A DNA stretch of 64,000 bases from a virus. The translations under genes and the position numbers were made by a program. Positions 10,601 to 19,156 of the stretch are shown here, one piece after another. Each line of letters begins with the position of its first letter. Position 1 is the first letter of the stretch. The notes under the pieces were generated by a model that ran no database searches, was not told the DNA's origin, and saw only the letters and a program-made list of their open reading frames with translations. The DNA is taken from the IMG/VR virus record IMGVR_UViG_3300017917_004222, positions 32,001-96,000 of that record. One strand, given 5' to 3'.

Positions 10601-13600
10601 GTTGTTGCCAGACACTGTGAAGCTGTTGTCACGATTTAGTGTGGTATCAGCTTGGTTTACCAAGAACACGCCGTTGACGCTAACTGCCACAGGGGCAATT
10701 GGTGCCGAACCATCAACAGTGAATGTGGTTGAACTGGGATCTTGTCCGTAAATGAATTTCTGAACGTTGCGAGTGAACACATATGCTTTTCCAGCCTGTG
10801 TTTTGCCATCAACTGTTTGATTGCTGCATCCAACAATTATTTGACGGCCGTCTGACGTGCAATTTACACTGTGACCAAATCTAGATCCAGCGGGTAGCCC
10901 TGCTGGAGCAATACCTCCAGACATCAGTCTAAAATAGCTGTTGGCTCGCACCACAATTGCTGCACCCGCAGGCGGCACGTTGGAGAACGATATAGTAGCT
11001 GGGAACAGGATTGTGTCAGTGAAACCATAGTCGGTTCCTGCTCGCTGAATCACACCGTTTACATATACCGAGAACGAGTACAAGTTGTTGACTGTGAAGA
11101 AGTACGGAGCTATTAAAAATTCATGCGCCAACGCAGGCGGGGTGTAGCTGGTGACTGCAATGGACAAGATACCACCAGATGTGTCAACTGTGCTCACTGT
11201 GATCAAGAGATTGCTGGGGGATCCTGGGCCGTTACCGCCAAAGTCGTCTTTGTCGATGGTCAACACATCGCCCGCTGTGTACCCTGTACCAGGTGCAGAC
11301 ATACTGACACTACCAGCAGTGGCGCCGGGTTGGCCTACCTGGCCTCGCTGACGCACCACAGTGAACTCAGCATTGCTGCCGGTACCACCTGTTGCAGTAA
11401 CATTGCGATACACACCGTAATCCAACTGCTTGCTGGACACACGAGATATAATCACAGTAGATCCTGCTGCTGGCGGGGTATTGAATTGCACCGACGCAAA
11501 GTCGCCTGCCACAGTGTAGTCTGTGGGATTCTCCAACAGAGTAGTGTCCACGACCACAGTGAGTTGCTCATCGTCGTCAATTTGTATGGTGTCTGCGATG
11601 GCTACAGTTGTTTCGGTTCCAGTGGCAGTGAATCGAATCACTTGATCTTCCCAGTCCACACGGCCATATGCTACCAAACGGTTGTTGCCAGGTTGGCCCA
11701 CGTACAGCCACTTTTCATCCTGACTCATGGCAACCGAGTATCCAAATTCTACCGGAGGCAGTGCCCCAGCTGACACAGTGGGAGTAGAAAGCACTTGCCA
11801 GAATTGATATGGGTTAGACCCAGGTGCGCTGGCAGAAAAATCCTGGTGAATTATGGTAACCGCGCCCACGTTGGCTTCGCCTGCAGGACCAAGACTGCGA
11901 CTTGCGCCTGCTGCGGCCCAGTCTCTGAACCCTGCAGTTACCGAATTACCCAGCCCCAACACATTTGATGTGTTTAGAGTCATGACAATGTCAGTGGAGT
12001 CGCTGGCAGTTACTGGAGTGTATTGCGTTTCATTGCCCTTGAGGTACACATACACTGCACCACGCTGTGTACCAGTTCCGGCATCATAGCGCGGACTACC
12101 CACAAACAATGAATTTTTGTTCAAGGTTTGTGCAACGCTGGCGCCAAACTGTTCAGTTTCGTCCAACAACTTTGGACGCAACAGGTACTGAGGATCACGG
12201 AACACAAACGGATCTTGTTTCTCCAGCACTTGCCACAGACCAGCACCGTTGTTGTCCACCCAAACTCGGGTACCCGAAGCAATTCGTGATGCAAATGGCA
12301 GGTCAATGATGTCGCTGGCTTGCACCACACGCTGAGATTGCAGGGTGAATCCAAGCCCATTGCCGTTGATCACAGTCTGTCCGCCTGGTGGCAGCGCCAA
12401 TGCAATAGACAATTCAGTTGGCGAAGACACTGACAACACAGTGTACACTCCGTCCACCTGGCTGTCAAAGAATCGAATGATCAAGGGATCATTGGCTTTG
12501 AGGTTGTGCTGATCACTAAACACCACACGGCAAGTGAGGTTCAAGTTGTCGCAAATGTGTGTGATGCGACCTGGCACAGTTTGCACACGATACACATTCC
12601 AGTCATAACTGTTGACCTTGGCCACCCAGACTGATGCACCTGCAGTGACTTCGTCAATGTTGGCTCGCAAGTTGTCAAGATCGTCAATGCTGAACACTGT
12701 GATATCCACATCGTCGATGTTGACGTAACCAGCAGTGGGCAATGCAATATCAGTAGGCAGAGTGTAGGTTGTGGGCAGAATATCCGGCGAGGTCAGTTTG
12801 AAACTGCTTTTCCACACATCGCTCAACACCACTGTTTGATCAGCTTGGCTGGGTTGATCAGGATTGATTACTTGAACCAGGCATGGGTTGCTGTTGAGCA
12901 GGCTCTTGTTGAGTCTCAAGTCAAAATAGCTGCGGTTGGCGTTGGCGCCGTAAGTGGCACGCAAAATCGCCCAGTTTTCATACACTGTGTAGTCGGCAAC
13001 TTCTTTGCCAAAGTCGCCTGGCGACAGCAACTGCAGGCTGCCCAGAGTACCTTTGGTGGAAGTGAACTGCTTGTAGATGTTGACCTGGCTCACATCGTCA
13101 AGATTCAACGCTGCAAAATATGTGCGTGGGCGGAATCCAATCAAGCCATAACTGAGCAGATCGTTATCTACTTCAAGGTTGGCCACGTTGACATTGTAGC
13201 TGTTGGACAACTGATCTGCCTTGTTGGCAATGTTGGGCAGCAGGCCGCGCTCGACCATGGTGTAATCACTTTGTGCCCAGTCAGAGTAGTTGAATGTGGT
13301 GCCCGGCTGCACAATGTTCAGTGCGCTCCAGTACACGTTCTTGTACTTGACCAGCTCACCCTTGGTGTACTTTTTGGTGGGTTCCCACTCGGCAACAGTG
13401 TCCTGATTCAGGATAAAGCCCTGTGCATCCACAGTGCCGTTCCATTCCGATGACACGTTTCCAATCAACAACAGTCGGCTCTGGCGAGCGCCGGTCACAG
13501 GATCCAGCACAAGATCGCCAAACGCACTGGTGTTGTTGAACACCAGGATATGCTCATAACTGGTGTAACGCAGATCAGCAAAGCTCAGGGCCTGACCGTT

Positions 13601-16600
13601 GAGCGGCTGCAGAGTCAGTGTGTTGTCAATACGCACAATGTTGATGTCACGTACTGCAAACTCGTTTTTGTTTTGGTCAGTCAACAACTTTTGCTGAGTC
13701 TGAGTGCTGATCTTGTCAGCAACAGCTTGTTCTTTTGTGATTGTGAGTCCGTTGGCCAAGGGGTTGAGGTTGATCAATCCGCCCACGCCCCAGGCCTGTG
13801 CACTCCAATACAAGAACTCGTCCACCATTTGTGGCCAATCCAGCACGTAGCCGTTTTCGTAACCCTTGAATTCAAATCCCAGAGAGTCAAGGTACTTGCC
13901 ATAACTGAGCAAGAAGTCGGCCACTTGTTCGGTTGTGGCAAAGGTTTGTCCGTAGGGCACCTGTACCACTGTGTCGGTATAAGATGCCGGCACGCGCACG
14001 CTTGCGCCACCAGACAAGAAGGTCCTAAACACACCCACTGGAATACTCTGGAATGTGTTGAAGAATGGCTGTGTGCTGCTGTAGCCAAACACGCTGTAAC
14101 CGTTGGTTTCTTTACGAACGATCACGCTGCTGTAAACACTGCGATCAAACGGTTGGTTCTTGTAAACAAACAACTCGTAGGTGTCATCGGGCAACAACAA
14201 GCTGGTGTTGGTAGTGGTTGGACTTGACTTCTCGGTGTAGATCTTGAGGTACTGCTTGTCACTGAAGGCGCCCAGGCGATAGCACAGTCGCACATCGAGG
14301 TTCTGTAGATCTGCTGTGAGGTTGGCGGTGCTGTTCACACCCAGCACTCGGTTGTAATCCACAATCCAGTCAATGTAGCTGGCCTTGCTGACGCCATCGC
14401 CGTAGACTTCAATGCCGCCGGCATCCAGGCGATAGCGACCGTTGTACAAGAACTGATCAAACTCGGTGTTGAAGCGATACAAGTCGCGGTCTGCAAACAG
14501 TGCAAAGAACTTGGCTGGACGAGTCAACGCCAACAGTCGCATGACTGCAAACGGATAGTCACTGGAATTCCACCAGGATGCTTCAACTGGGCCGCCGTCG
14601 CCCACTGCCCAGTTTTGTCGGAATTGTCCGTTGGCATACGAACCCATGACTGACTGGAATGGCGGCAGCAACTCGCCGCTGGAGTCCACTGGGATCACAC
14701 GCAACAGGCTTGGTCTTGCATATTCAGGGCGAACTTGAATGTTGCCAGGTTCGCGCACGATACCTGCAGCAAGGTCTTCCCACAACACCAGGTTGTCGGC
14801 AGTGTAAGGTGCAGGACCATATGTGATTTCCCACCAGGTGGGCTTTTGAGTCAGTCCCAACATTTCCCACGGGGTTGATTGTGGTTGTTCAGTGTCGTAG
14901 AACCAACGGTTCACACTGCGCCATGCACCAGGAAGATTCTGATTGGAAATCTTGCTCTGGGCACTGCTGTAGTTGTAGGAGAACTGGTTGGCAGCATTGT
15001 ATTGCTGTGCGTTGTAATCCAGCTTGTTCCAGCTCACGTAGGACAAGAAGCTTTGGCCAAGAATGCCCATGACCGTTTGATAGCTGTATCCAGTGTTTCT
15101 GAATTCACCCGGGATCACATCCGCGGCAGTGAGTGGCACAGGGTTTCCATCCAGCTTGAGGTTGTTGAAGATTCGTGTTTCAAAGTTCAACAACACTTGA
15201 TCTCGCACATCACCAAAGATTGGTGTGATGCTGCCATCGTGTCCGCGGATCACCTGCTGAGTTCCATTAGTGGCTTGAACTGTGATGATTTCGGGTATCC
15301 AGCTTGGGTACAGACCCAGCTTGGTGGGTGTGTTTGGAACAAAGTTGCCGTATGTGGTGGCGTATTCTTGAATCAACAAAACATCGCCCAACACAAGATC
15401 AACAAGAACTGTGATGCGTGGACCATCTGTAGCCACAGTGTAATCACGCCCACGTGTGAGCAGCTGGTTGTTCAAGTACACGTTCATGCCCAGGAAGTTG
15501 GCGCTGGTGTAATTGTAGACCTGCAGGGTGTCAAATACTGATGTAGTGGTGTTACCAATCACATAAGTGGTATTGGTGACATCGCTACCTGCCGGGATCA
15601 TGTCACTCCAGTAGAATGGACTCTGTTGAATCTTGCCATGAATAACTTCGGCCATGGCCATGTCAAGAATCTGACCTGGGGTTTCAAAGTTGATGGTGAG
15701 TTTGGTCACGGCATTCAACAGTTGATTCTTGAACTTGACGTACTCTTGGCTGGCAAACTGTAGCGAATCAAAAATGTTGTACTTTTCACTACGCAGGAAG
15801 TATCCAGCCAGGGTCAGTGGCGCGCTCTGCTGCAGAATAGTTTGGCCGTAGGGCACAATGTTGCCTAGATCGCGAGTGTTGTTGGCACCGTTGATCACAC
15901 CTGAAAACGCATTCAAGTTTTGGCAGATGCTTTGGTAGTGAGTACGAATGGTGCCCAGGGTAAAGCTGCTGCTGTTGATGTTGAACGGGTTGTTTTCGAG
16001 GTTGGCAGGCACCTGATAAAAACCAGTCTTGCTGACCTGTTGACTGATCACCTCAACAATGATCGACGACTCCAGTGCAGGCTCAGTCACGAATGTGATT
16101 TGTGTGGTGTCGGCACCAATGTCCACGCGGAAGGTACTGGGGTCTTGATACACATTCTCAACAAATACCTTGACTGATGGCAGCACTGTTTCACGAGAAG
16201 CTGCCACGTCCAGTACCAGCGGACGTCCTTGATACACAAACTCCAGCTGTTGCGGCGACGCGCTGTCAGCTGCGGCTGTTTGCCAGCCCAGCAACGAAAC
16301 ATAGTTGGTTCGATCGCTGTATTCGCGTGGTGTGCCCACGCTGATGTTCTCGTCAACACTGCCTGCAGAGGTATTGTACAAGAAAGTGCTGGTGTAAAGG
16401 TCATTGTTGAACACAATGTCGCCAATGCTGCCCAGGGCACTGTATTCCAGCTGAAGTCCCAACACACTGTCAACAGCACCCGAACCCACAGCATAGCCAA
16501 ACAGTCGAGACCCAGCAAATGTGGAACTTGGATATTTGACTCGATTGGACAGGCTGATGCCAGCAGAATCGTACACATCAAACAGTGGAGCCTGCTGTAC

Positions 16601-19156
16601 CGAAGTTTTTTGTTGTGCCAGCTGCCATGTAGCGCCGTCGAACCAGTAGGTCAGTCCGGCTTGCTCGCCGCCAAGACACAGAGCACAGTTGTCAATTTCC
16701 GTCACACCGTCAGATTCCAGTGTGAGCACAATCACCGGCTGCGAAATCAACGGTGCAACCGAATCCGGAGACACAAATTGCACACGATAGATATTGTTGC
16801 GCACCTGGCTATCGCCATCGTTGGCAAAAATGATTCTGCTGCCTTCCACCAACGAGTATCCAGCCACGCTGTACGAAGTAGATCCTTCCACATTGCTGAA
16901 GGCATCAGTTTGCGTGAAATCAATAATGTCAACTGGCTGCTTGGCCTGAGTGCCCATGTTGAACAATCTAATGCCTGGGCGGAACTGCAAAATTGGACGC
17001 TTGGCGCGCTGATTGTTGTCTAGTACCATGTCTGAATTATTGTATTCAGCTGTGGCTTTGATCACGTCAATGTGGAACCAACGGTTGCTGCGACTCCATG
17101 CGTTTTGACTTTTTGCCGAGCGGTCAATGGTCAAGTAATCCTGCTGGGTGGGTTCGCCGCCTGCAGAAGAATCCTCTCCAGGGACCACATAGCTTTCGGG
17201 TGTGATAAAGTTGCTGACTGGCAGCAATTCAATGGCCGAGCCCACGCCGCTCACAAAGTATTCAAGGTTGAGACCAGCTGTGGCAACCATTTCACCAAGA
17301 GCACTTTCCAACTCAAACACTGCGCCGTCAGGCAGCAAGCTGATTGAGAATTGGGTGTTGCTGACCACTTGCTTGACATAGTACACTGCATTGGCAGTGA
17401 TGCCACCAAACACGTCGCCGCTGAATACCACTTGCTTTCCGGGGAATAGATTTTCAGTGCTAAGGCATGTGATCAAGTTGATGGTGCTGGTGGTCTCGGT
17501 ACAGGTAACCACTGTTTCTTGGCTGCTGAATGTGTTAGGCACAGTTTCAGCATCAAACCGAACCTTGAGACCGTTGGTGAACACCACGCCGTTGGGCGAT
17601 GTGTAGTTTTCGCTGCCAACAATTTCACTGATGAAGATCTTGCTTTGATCCTGAGGTTCAACCAAGCGGATGATACCGTAGAATCCTGGATTTTCACTGT
17701 CTTGGTAGTACAGGGTATCTTGCACTGCAGTCAACAACGGGATCTGACTGAACACACCCGAATTCAATTTGTACCACTGAGTATTGGCATAGGTTTCGCC
17801 AAACAGGATATCAAACTTCTGCTGAAGGCCAACAGTTGCCACGTTAGACAATTGCAGAACAACATTGCTACCAACGATTTGGTAGTTGATGCGCCACACT
17901 TGATAACGCAAGGACAACGGCACTGATCCCCAGCCACCGGTGCTGGTGAATACCACGGTGCGGCCTTGCAGGTTGGTGATACCGTCAATACCACCATATG
18001 TGGCGTTGAAAGTGTCTAGATCAGCACCATTGATTTGATCGTAGTTCAGTGTGGTCAACAGGTCCACAGAACCAAAGTAATCAAGATCATAGAAGAACTG
18101 CTGTGCAGTTTTGCTGGGTGCGTTGAATGTCACAGTACCGTAATCGATACCATTGTTGGTCACACCAAATACCTGTCGAACACCAATATTGGGTGTGGCT
18201 GGATCTTGGCCCGACACGCTGGGCTTGGTTTGAATCCAGAACTTGGGTCCGGTGTTGACTGCTGGATCAACGATGTTGAGTTGACCACGCATGGTAAACT
18301 GATTGCCAGCCTGGTAGTACAAGGTGTTGGGTGCATCAGTTGGCACCACAAATGTCACAACACCATCAACAGATCCGTTGTTTGAAACTCCGCTGGTGTA
18401 TTGATCACCAACACCCAAGGTGTACGCAGTCTTGATGTAGAATGGGAAGTCACCTTCGCAGTCGATGGTGAATGTGTAGCTGCTGCCGCGCACCAGTGTG
18501 AGTGTGGGGTTCTGTTGCTGCTGAATCAAGTATGCAACTGTGCCAGCATTGCTGACCACAAAGCTCTGATTCTGGCTAGGAGCTTGATTGATGTTGAAAC
18601 GATATGAACCGCCACGCACCAGGTTGATTGTGGGGTTGGTGCCAACCACGCCATCAAATTGATAACCAGTGGCAGCACGATTCACAGTGTATGTGGTGTC
18701 AAGGCTGAGCGAACCTGCTGTGACATCCACCACTTCGGGCCCGCTGGGCAGCCAGTAATACTGACTGTAATTCACAAAAGAATCGTAGTCAACAAACGGA
18801 TCAAATGTGTAATACTGACTGCTGTAGAGTTCAGATTGCTTGGCGACATCGGCACCGTTGGACGACAAAGCGTCAACCATGCCCGGGTATGTGATCACGT
18901 CACGCACTGTGCGTGATCCGGGATCCAGGCTTACAACACCAGGCTCCAGTTGATAGTTGCTGCGAACATCACTGGATTCTTGTACATAACGATCCCCGGG
19001 TGTGACTCCAGGTCCCAATTTACGTCCAATATAGCCCTGAGTACGACGAAACTTGGGCTCTTGAATCAGCTGATCAAGAGTTGCTGCCAAGAATTGCTTG
19101 TTGGCATCAGTTTGGAAGATTTCAGGTAGAAAGTTTACAGATCTTACTCGGGACAT
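4631..19156 (-). CDS. Giant baseplate wedge/adhesin protein (~4,841 aa)
   Basis: Uninterrupted 14.5-kb ORF coupled (TGATG) to the gp6-like gene; FG-GAP-like repeats, CBM5/12-like 'W....Y..G..V.Y....W.A' modules and a 'YIQEVKPYH' wedge-like motif. Confidence 0.75.
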   Translation of the reverse strand: MSRVRSVNFLPEIFQTDANKQFLAATLDQLIQEPKFRRTQGYIGRKLGPGVTPGDRYVQESSDVRSNYQLEPGVVSLDPGSRTVRDVITYPGMVDALSSNGADVAKQSELYSSQYYTFDPFVDYDSFVNYSQYYWLPSGPEVVDVTAGSLSLDTTYTVNRAATGYQFDGVVGTNPTINLVRGGSYRFNINQAPSQNQSFVVSNAGTVAYLIQQQQNPTLTLVRGSSYTFTIDCEGDFPFYIKTAYTLGVGDQYTSGVSNNGSVDGVVTFVVPTDAPNTLYYQAGNQFTMRGQLNIVDPAVNTGPKFWIQTKPSVSGQDPATPNIGVRQVFGVTNNGIDYGTVTFNAPSKTAQQFFYDLDYFGSVDLLTTLNYDQINGADLDTFNATYGGIDGITNLQGRTVVFTSTGGWGSVPLSLRYQVWRINYQIVGSNVVLQLSNVATVGLQQKFDILFGETYANTQWYKLNSGVFSQIPLLTAVQDTLYYQDSENPGFYGIIRLVEPQDQSKIFISEIVGSENYTSPNGVVFTNGLKVRFDAETVPNTFSSQETVVTCTETTSTINLITCLSTENLFPGKQVVFSGDVFGGITANAVYYVKQVVSNTQFSISLLPDGAVFELESALGEMVATAGLNLEYFVSGVGSAIELLPVSNFITPESYVVPGEDSSAGGEPTQQDYLTIDRSAKSQNAWSRSNRWFHIDVIKATAEYNNSDMVLDNNQRAKRPILQFRPGIRLFNMGTQAKQPVDIIDFTQTDAFSNVEGSTSYSVAGYSLVEGSRIIFANDGDSQVRNNIYRVQFVSPDSVAPLISQPVIVLTLESDGVTEIDNCALCLGGEQAGLTYWFDGATWQLAQQKTSVQQAPLFDVYDSAGISLSNRVKYPSSTFAGSRLFGYAVGSGAVDSVLGLQLEYSALGSIGDIVFNNDLYTSTFLYNTSAGSVDENISVGTPREYSDRTNYVSLLGWQTAAADSASPQQLEFVYQGRPLVLDVAASRETVLPSVKVFVENVYQDPSTFRVDIGADTTQITFVTEPALESSIIVEVISQQVSKTGFYQVPANLENNPFNINSSSFTLGTIRTHYQSICQNLNAFSGVINGANNTRDLGNIVPYGQTILQQSAPLTLAGYFLRSEKYNIFDSLQFASQEYVKFKNQLLNAVTKLTINFETPGQILDMAMAEVIHGKIQQSPFYWSDMIPAGSDVTNTTYVIGNTTTSVFDTLQVYNYTSANFLGMNVYLNNQLLTRGRDYTVATDGPRITVLVDLVLGDVLLIQEYATTYGNFVPNTPTKLGLYPSWIPEIITVQATNGTQQVIRGHDGSITPIFGDVRDQVLLNFETRIFNNLKLDGNPVPLTAADVIPGEFRNTGYSYQTVMGILGQSFLSYVSWNKLDYNAQQYNAANQFSYNYSSAQSKISNQNLPGAWRSVNRWFYDTEQPQSTPWEMLGLTQKPTWWEITYGPAPYTADNLVLWEDLAAGIVREPGNIQVRPEYARPSLLRVIPVDSSGELLPPFQSVMGSYANGQFRQNWAVGDGGPVEASWWNSSDYPFAVMRLLALTRPAKFFALFADRDLYRFNTEFDQFLYNGRYRLDAGGIEVYGDGVSKASYIDWIVDYNRVLGVNSTANLTADLQNLDVRLCYRLGAFSDKQYLKIYTEKSSPTTTNTSLLLPDDTYELFVYKNQPFDRSVYSSVIVRKETNGYSVFGYSSTQPFFNTFQSIPVGVFRTFLSGGASVRVPASYTDTVVQVPYGQTFATTEQVADFLLSYGKYLDSLGFEFKGYENGYVLDWPQMVDEFLYWSAQAWGVGGLINLNPLANGLTITKEQAVADKISTQTQQKLLTDQNKNEFAVRDINIVRIDNTLTLQPLNGQALSFADLRYTSYEHILVFNNTSAFGDLVLDPVTGARQSRLLLIGNVSSEWNGTVDAQGFILNQDTVAEWEPTKKYTKGELVKYKNVYWSALNIVQPGTTFNYSDWAQSDYTMVERGLLPNIANKADQLSNSYNVNVANLEVDNDLLSYGLIGFRPRTYFAALNLDDVSQVNIYKQFTSTKGTLGSLQLLSPGDFGKEVADYTVYENWAILRATYGANANRSYFDLRLNKSLLNSNPCLVQVINPDQPSQADQTVVLSDVWKSSFKLTSPDILPTTYTLPTDIALPTAGYVNIDDVDITVFSIDDLDNLRANIDEVTAGASVWVAKVNSYDWNVYRVQTVPGRITHICDNLNLTCRVVFSDQHNLKANDPLIIRFFDSQVDGVYTVLSVSSPTELSIALALPPGGQTVINGNGLGFTLQSQRVVQASDIIDLPFASRIASGTRVWVDNNGAGLWQVLEKQDPFVFRDPQYLLRPKLLDETEQFGASVAQTLNKNSLFVGSPRYDAGTGTQRGAVYVYLKGNETQYTPVTASDSTDIVMTLNTSNVLGLGNSVTAGFRDWAAAGASRSLGPAGEANVGAVTIIHQDFSASAPGSNPYQFWQVLSTPTVSAGALPPVEFGYSVAMSQDEKWLYVGQPGNNRLVAYGRVDWEDQVIRFTATGTETTVAIADTIQIDDDEQLTVVVDTTLLENPTDYTVAGDFASVQFNTPPAAGSTVIISRVSSKQLDYGVYRNVTATGGTGSNAEFTVVRQRGQVGQPGATAGSVSMSAPGTGYTAGDVLTIDKDDFGGNGPGSPSNLLITVSTVDTSGGILSIAVTSYTPPALAHEFLIAPYFFTVNNLYSFSVYVNGVIQRAGTDYGFTDTILFPATISFSNVPPAGAAIVVRANSYFRLMSGGIAPAGLPAGSRFGHSVNCTSDGRQIIVGCSNQTVDGKTQAGKAYVFTRNVQKFIYGQDPSSTTFTVDGSAPIAPVAVSVNGVFLVNQADTTLNRDNSFTVSGNNITIYADLEIGDVIEIETNRFALMQELVQQTVDSSGTVVNNSTEMTNFGQSVEIVAAGSSVFIGAPQNSQQAFKGGAVQWMVNQPQVFGTITSKNTNPVLTAGHTIRVNEQEIAVPLAATVASLAAAISAQVPNVTASASADGRLTISVVNLESVPPRNKLRVQPGSVGTAWAALGFEVFVYAQTIFSPRAVDYAAFGHSLSIENTGSTLVVGAPNGSLYLPVTFDFDATLQVPATTFDGGGTEFYSLEVQSGAVYTYDFLADADASKITSVGNYVFGQQIGNNKVLPYDQFGIAVNYTSGLLAVGAPGNDAGDSAAAYGSAFLFDNETQRPAWAVIHQQQPVIDIRLLNSVFMYDRVTGANTEYFDFFDPLQGKVLGAAQENIDFVGAVDPAGYNVGPVNNIGQPWGQTQVGQIWWDISTVRFLDPNQDDIVYASRRWGQIFPGSSVDVYQWISSSVPPANYTGPGTVLSTVSYSIGTRLTQEGIFETTYYFWVRGITTIDTSQGKTLSAAAVAQYIANPRSSGVSYVAPINSSTIAIYNGLRFIEAQDTVISIEFDQQLTDANVHTEYELIAQGRADAFLSSSLYRKLLDSFCGVDTSGNLVPDPNLPISQRYGVQFRPRQSMFADRFLALKNYITRVNRVLAQFPVSETRNFSLLNSSDPKPTASSGEWDFEVANLEVLSYQNIYAVPMGYKYLVSTDADNNGRWTIYTVSPTQVNPALRELRLTKVQNYVTSDYWSYINWYQVGYNPSSQLAAEVPLYANLSSLSLSQAPVGSSVKVTSNSQGKWEIYIRSATGWDRVALQDGTIAISAVLYDYSIGRFGFDADVFDSQYFDQDPVVETRKILQAINQELFVEELQIERNRSLTSMFDFILSQFRAPDWLVKTSLIDVDHRIRELLPFPNYVQDNQEFVTDYIQEVKPYHVQVREFNLTYNGLDQFAGDMSDFDLPAYWNRTLPVPQFTSPVLLPYTASTASPGTSPSSAAASDTIWTQWPWSQWFENYTLHVDSVRVTNGGSGYTSAPTVTVTGDAVEPALLQAAINSSGQVIAISVVNPGSGYVTTPVITITGGNGQGATAYPVMLNPVVRSIKTVIKFDRYEYQSQIQEWQPNVTYENGTLVRYNNSVWRAENTDGSTAVEGPTFDLDNWVPVPATELSGVDRTMGYYNPTADQPGLDLPLLINGTDYPGVQVFGPDFMDTTPIDAVYASSFADQYLGTRPTDINVAGGEFVGPYEGHAPEELVNGSEYDTLDFRVYTRPGSDWTSNGHGFAIQTARYFFDTAEPTYSWGDVDLAAPVVLLVYNATTGLDLALDVDYTIDYENKTVTVLNATNGDVINIQIYSLGGGSELFRQNYLGADLFTETVVIPVNAAEIQELAVIVNGLAQSGATWSAYYPSTPWSDTVSWLRLDVVKNGNDYYRANADVPIGIDITDTNYWDNFVPTTQTLIEFNSTFNPSDGVFVAALGTTSPVQYSWSAPQVQSVVIDAATAVSKTIQLTNYVGGTNPANMVVTVNGRRLRPYECIEWFGDDSTVRFGLPQRGGFSQQIIDSATDVLVWVDGVLQVQSIGPVSGQYVVTNWDGSNVPGRQVEFITAPPAGATVLISVSTQADYYVSGEFLNINTILSVNDRVEITTWNDTAQQDIATLVFRGPVTETVGVEQGYDTTLFDEGSVTGDPGSFSYQVGVVTTSNNFFLNRTVSPNRLWVTLDGYRLSEGIDFTIDGQYLILSSGTISIAQTLAVTEFTENVVPEAIAFRIFQDMRGVQATYRITSATSTVVARPVSSADTVIFVDNAAALTEPDLVAGIFGVVTIDGERIMYRDRNIVNNTIGGLMRGTAGTAAADHSVGAVVTDINQGNLLAPEYQDYVVRNTALGDGVNTVFVASDISTATFGGTFSQFARSLEVYVGGVRQYAQDDTSAVSQYRYNVTSGTPATVEFVVDSGASPELAAPPAGVEVTILQRRGVTWYAPGISTPSNGVALQETNTAPARFLRGL

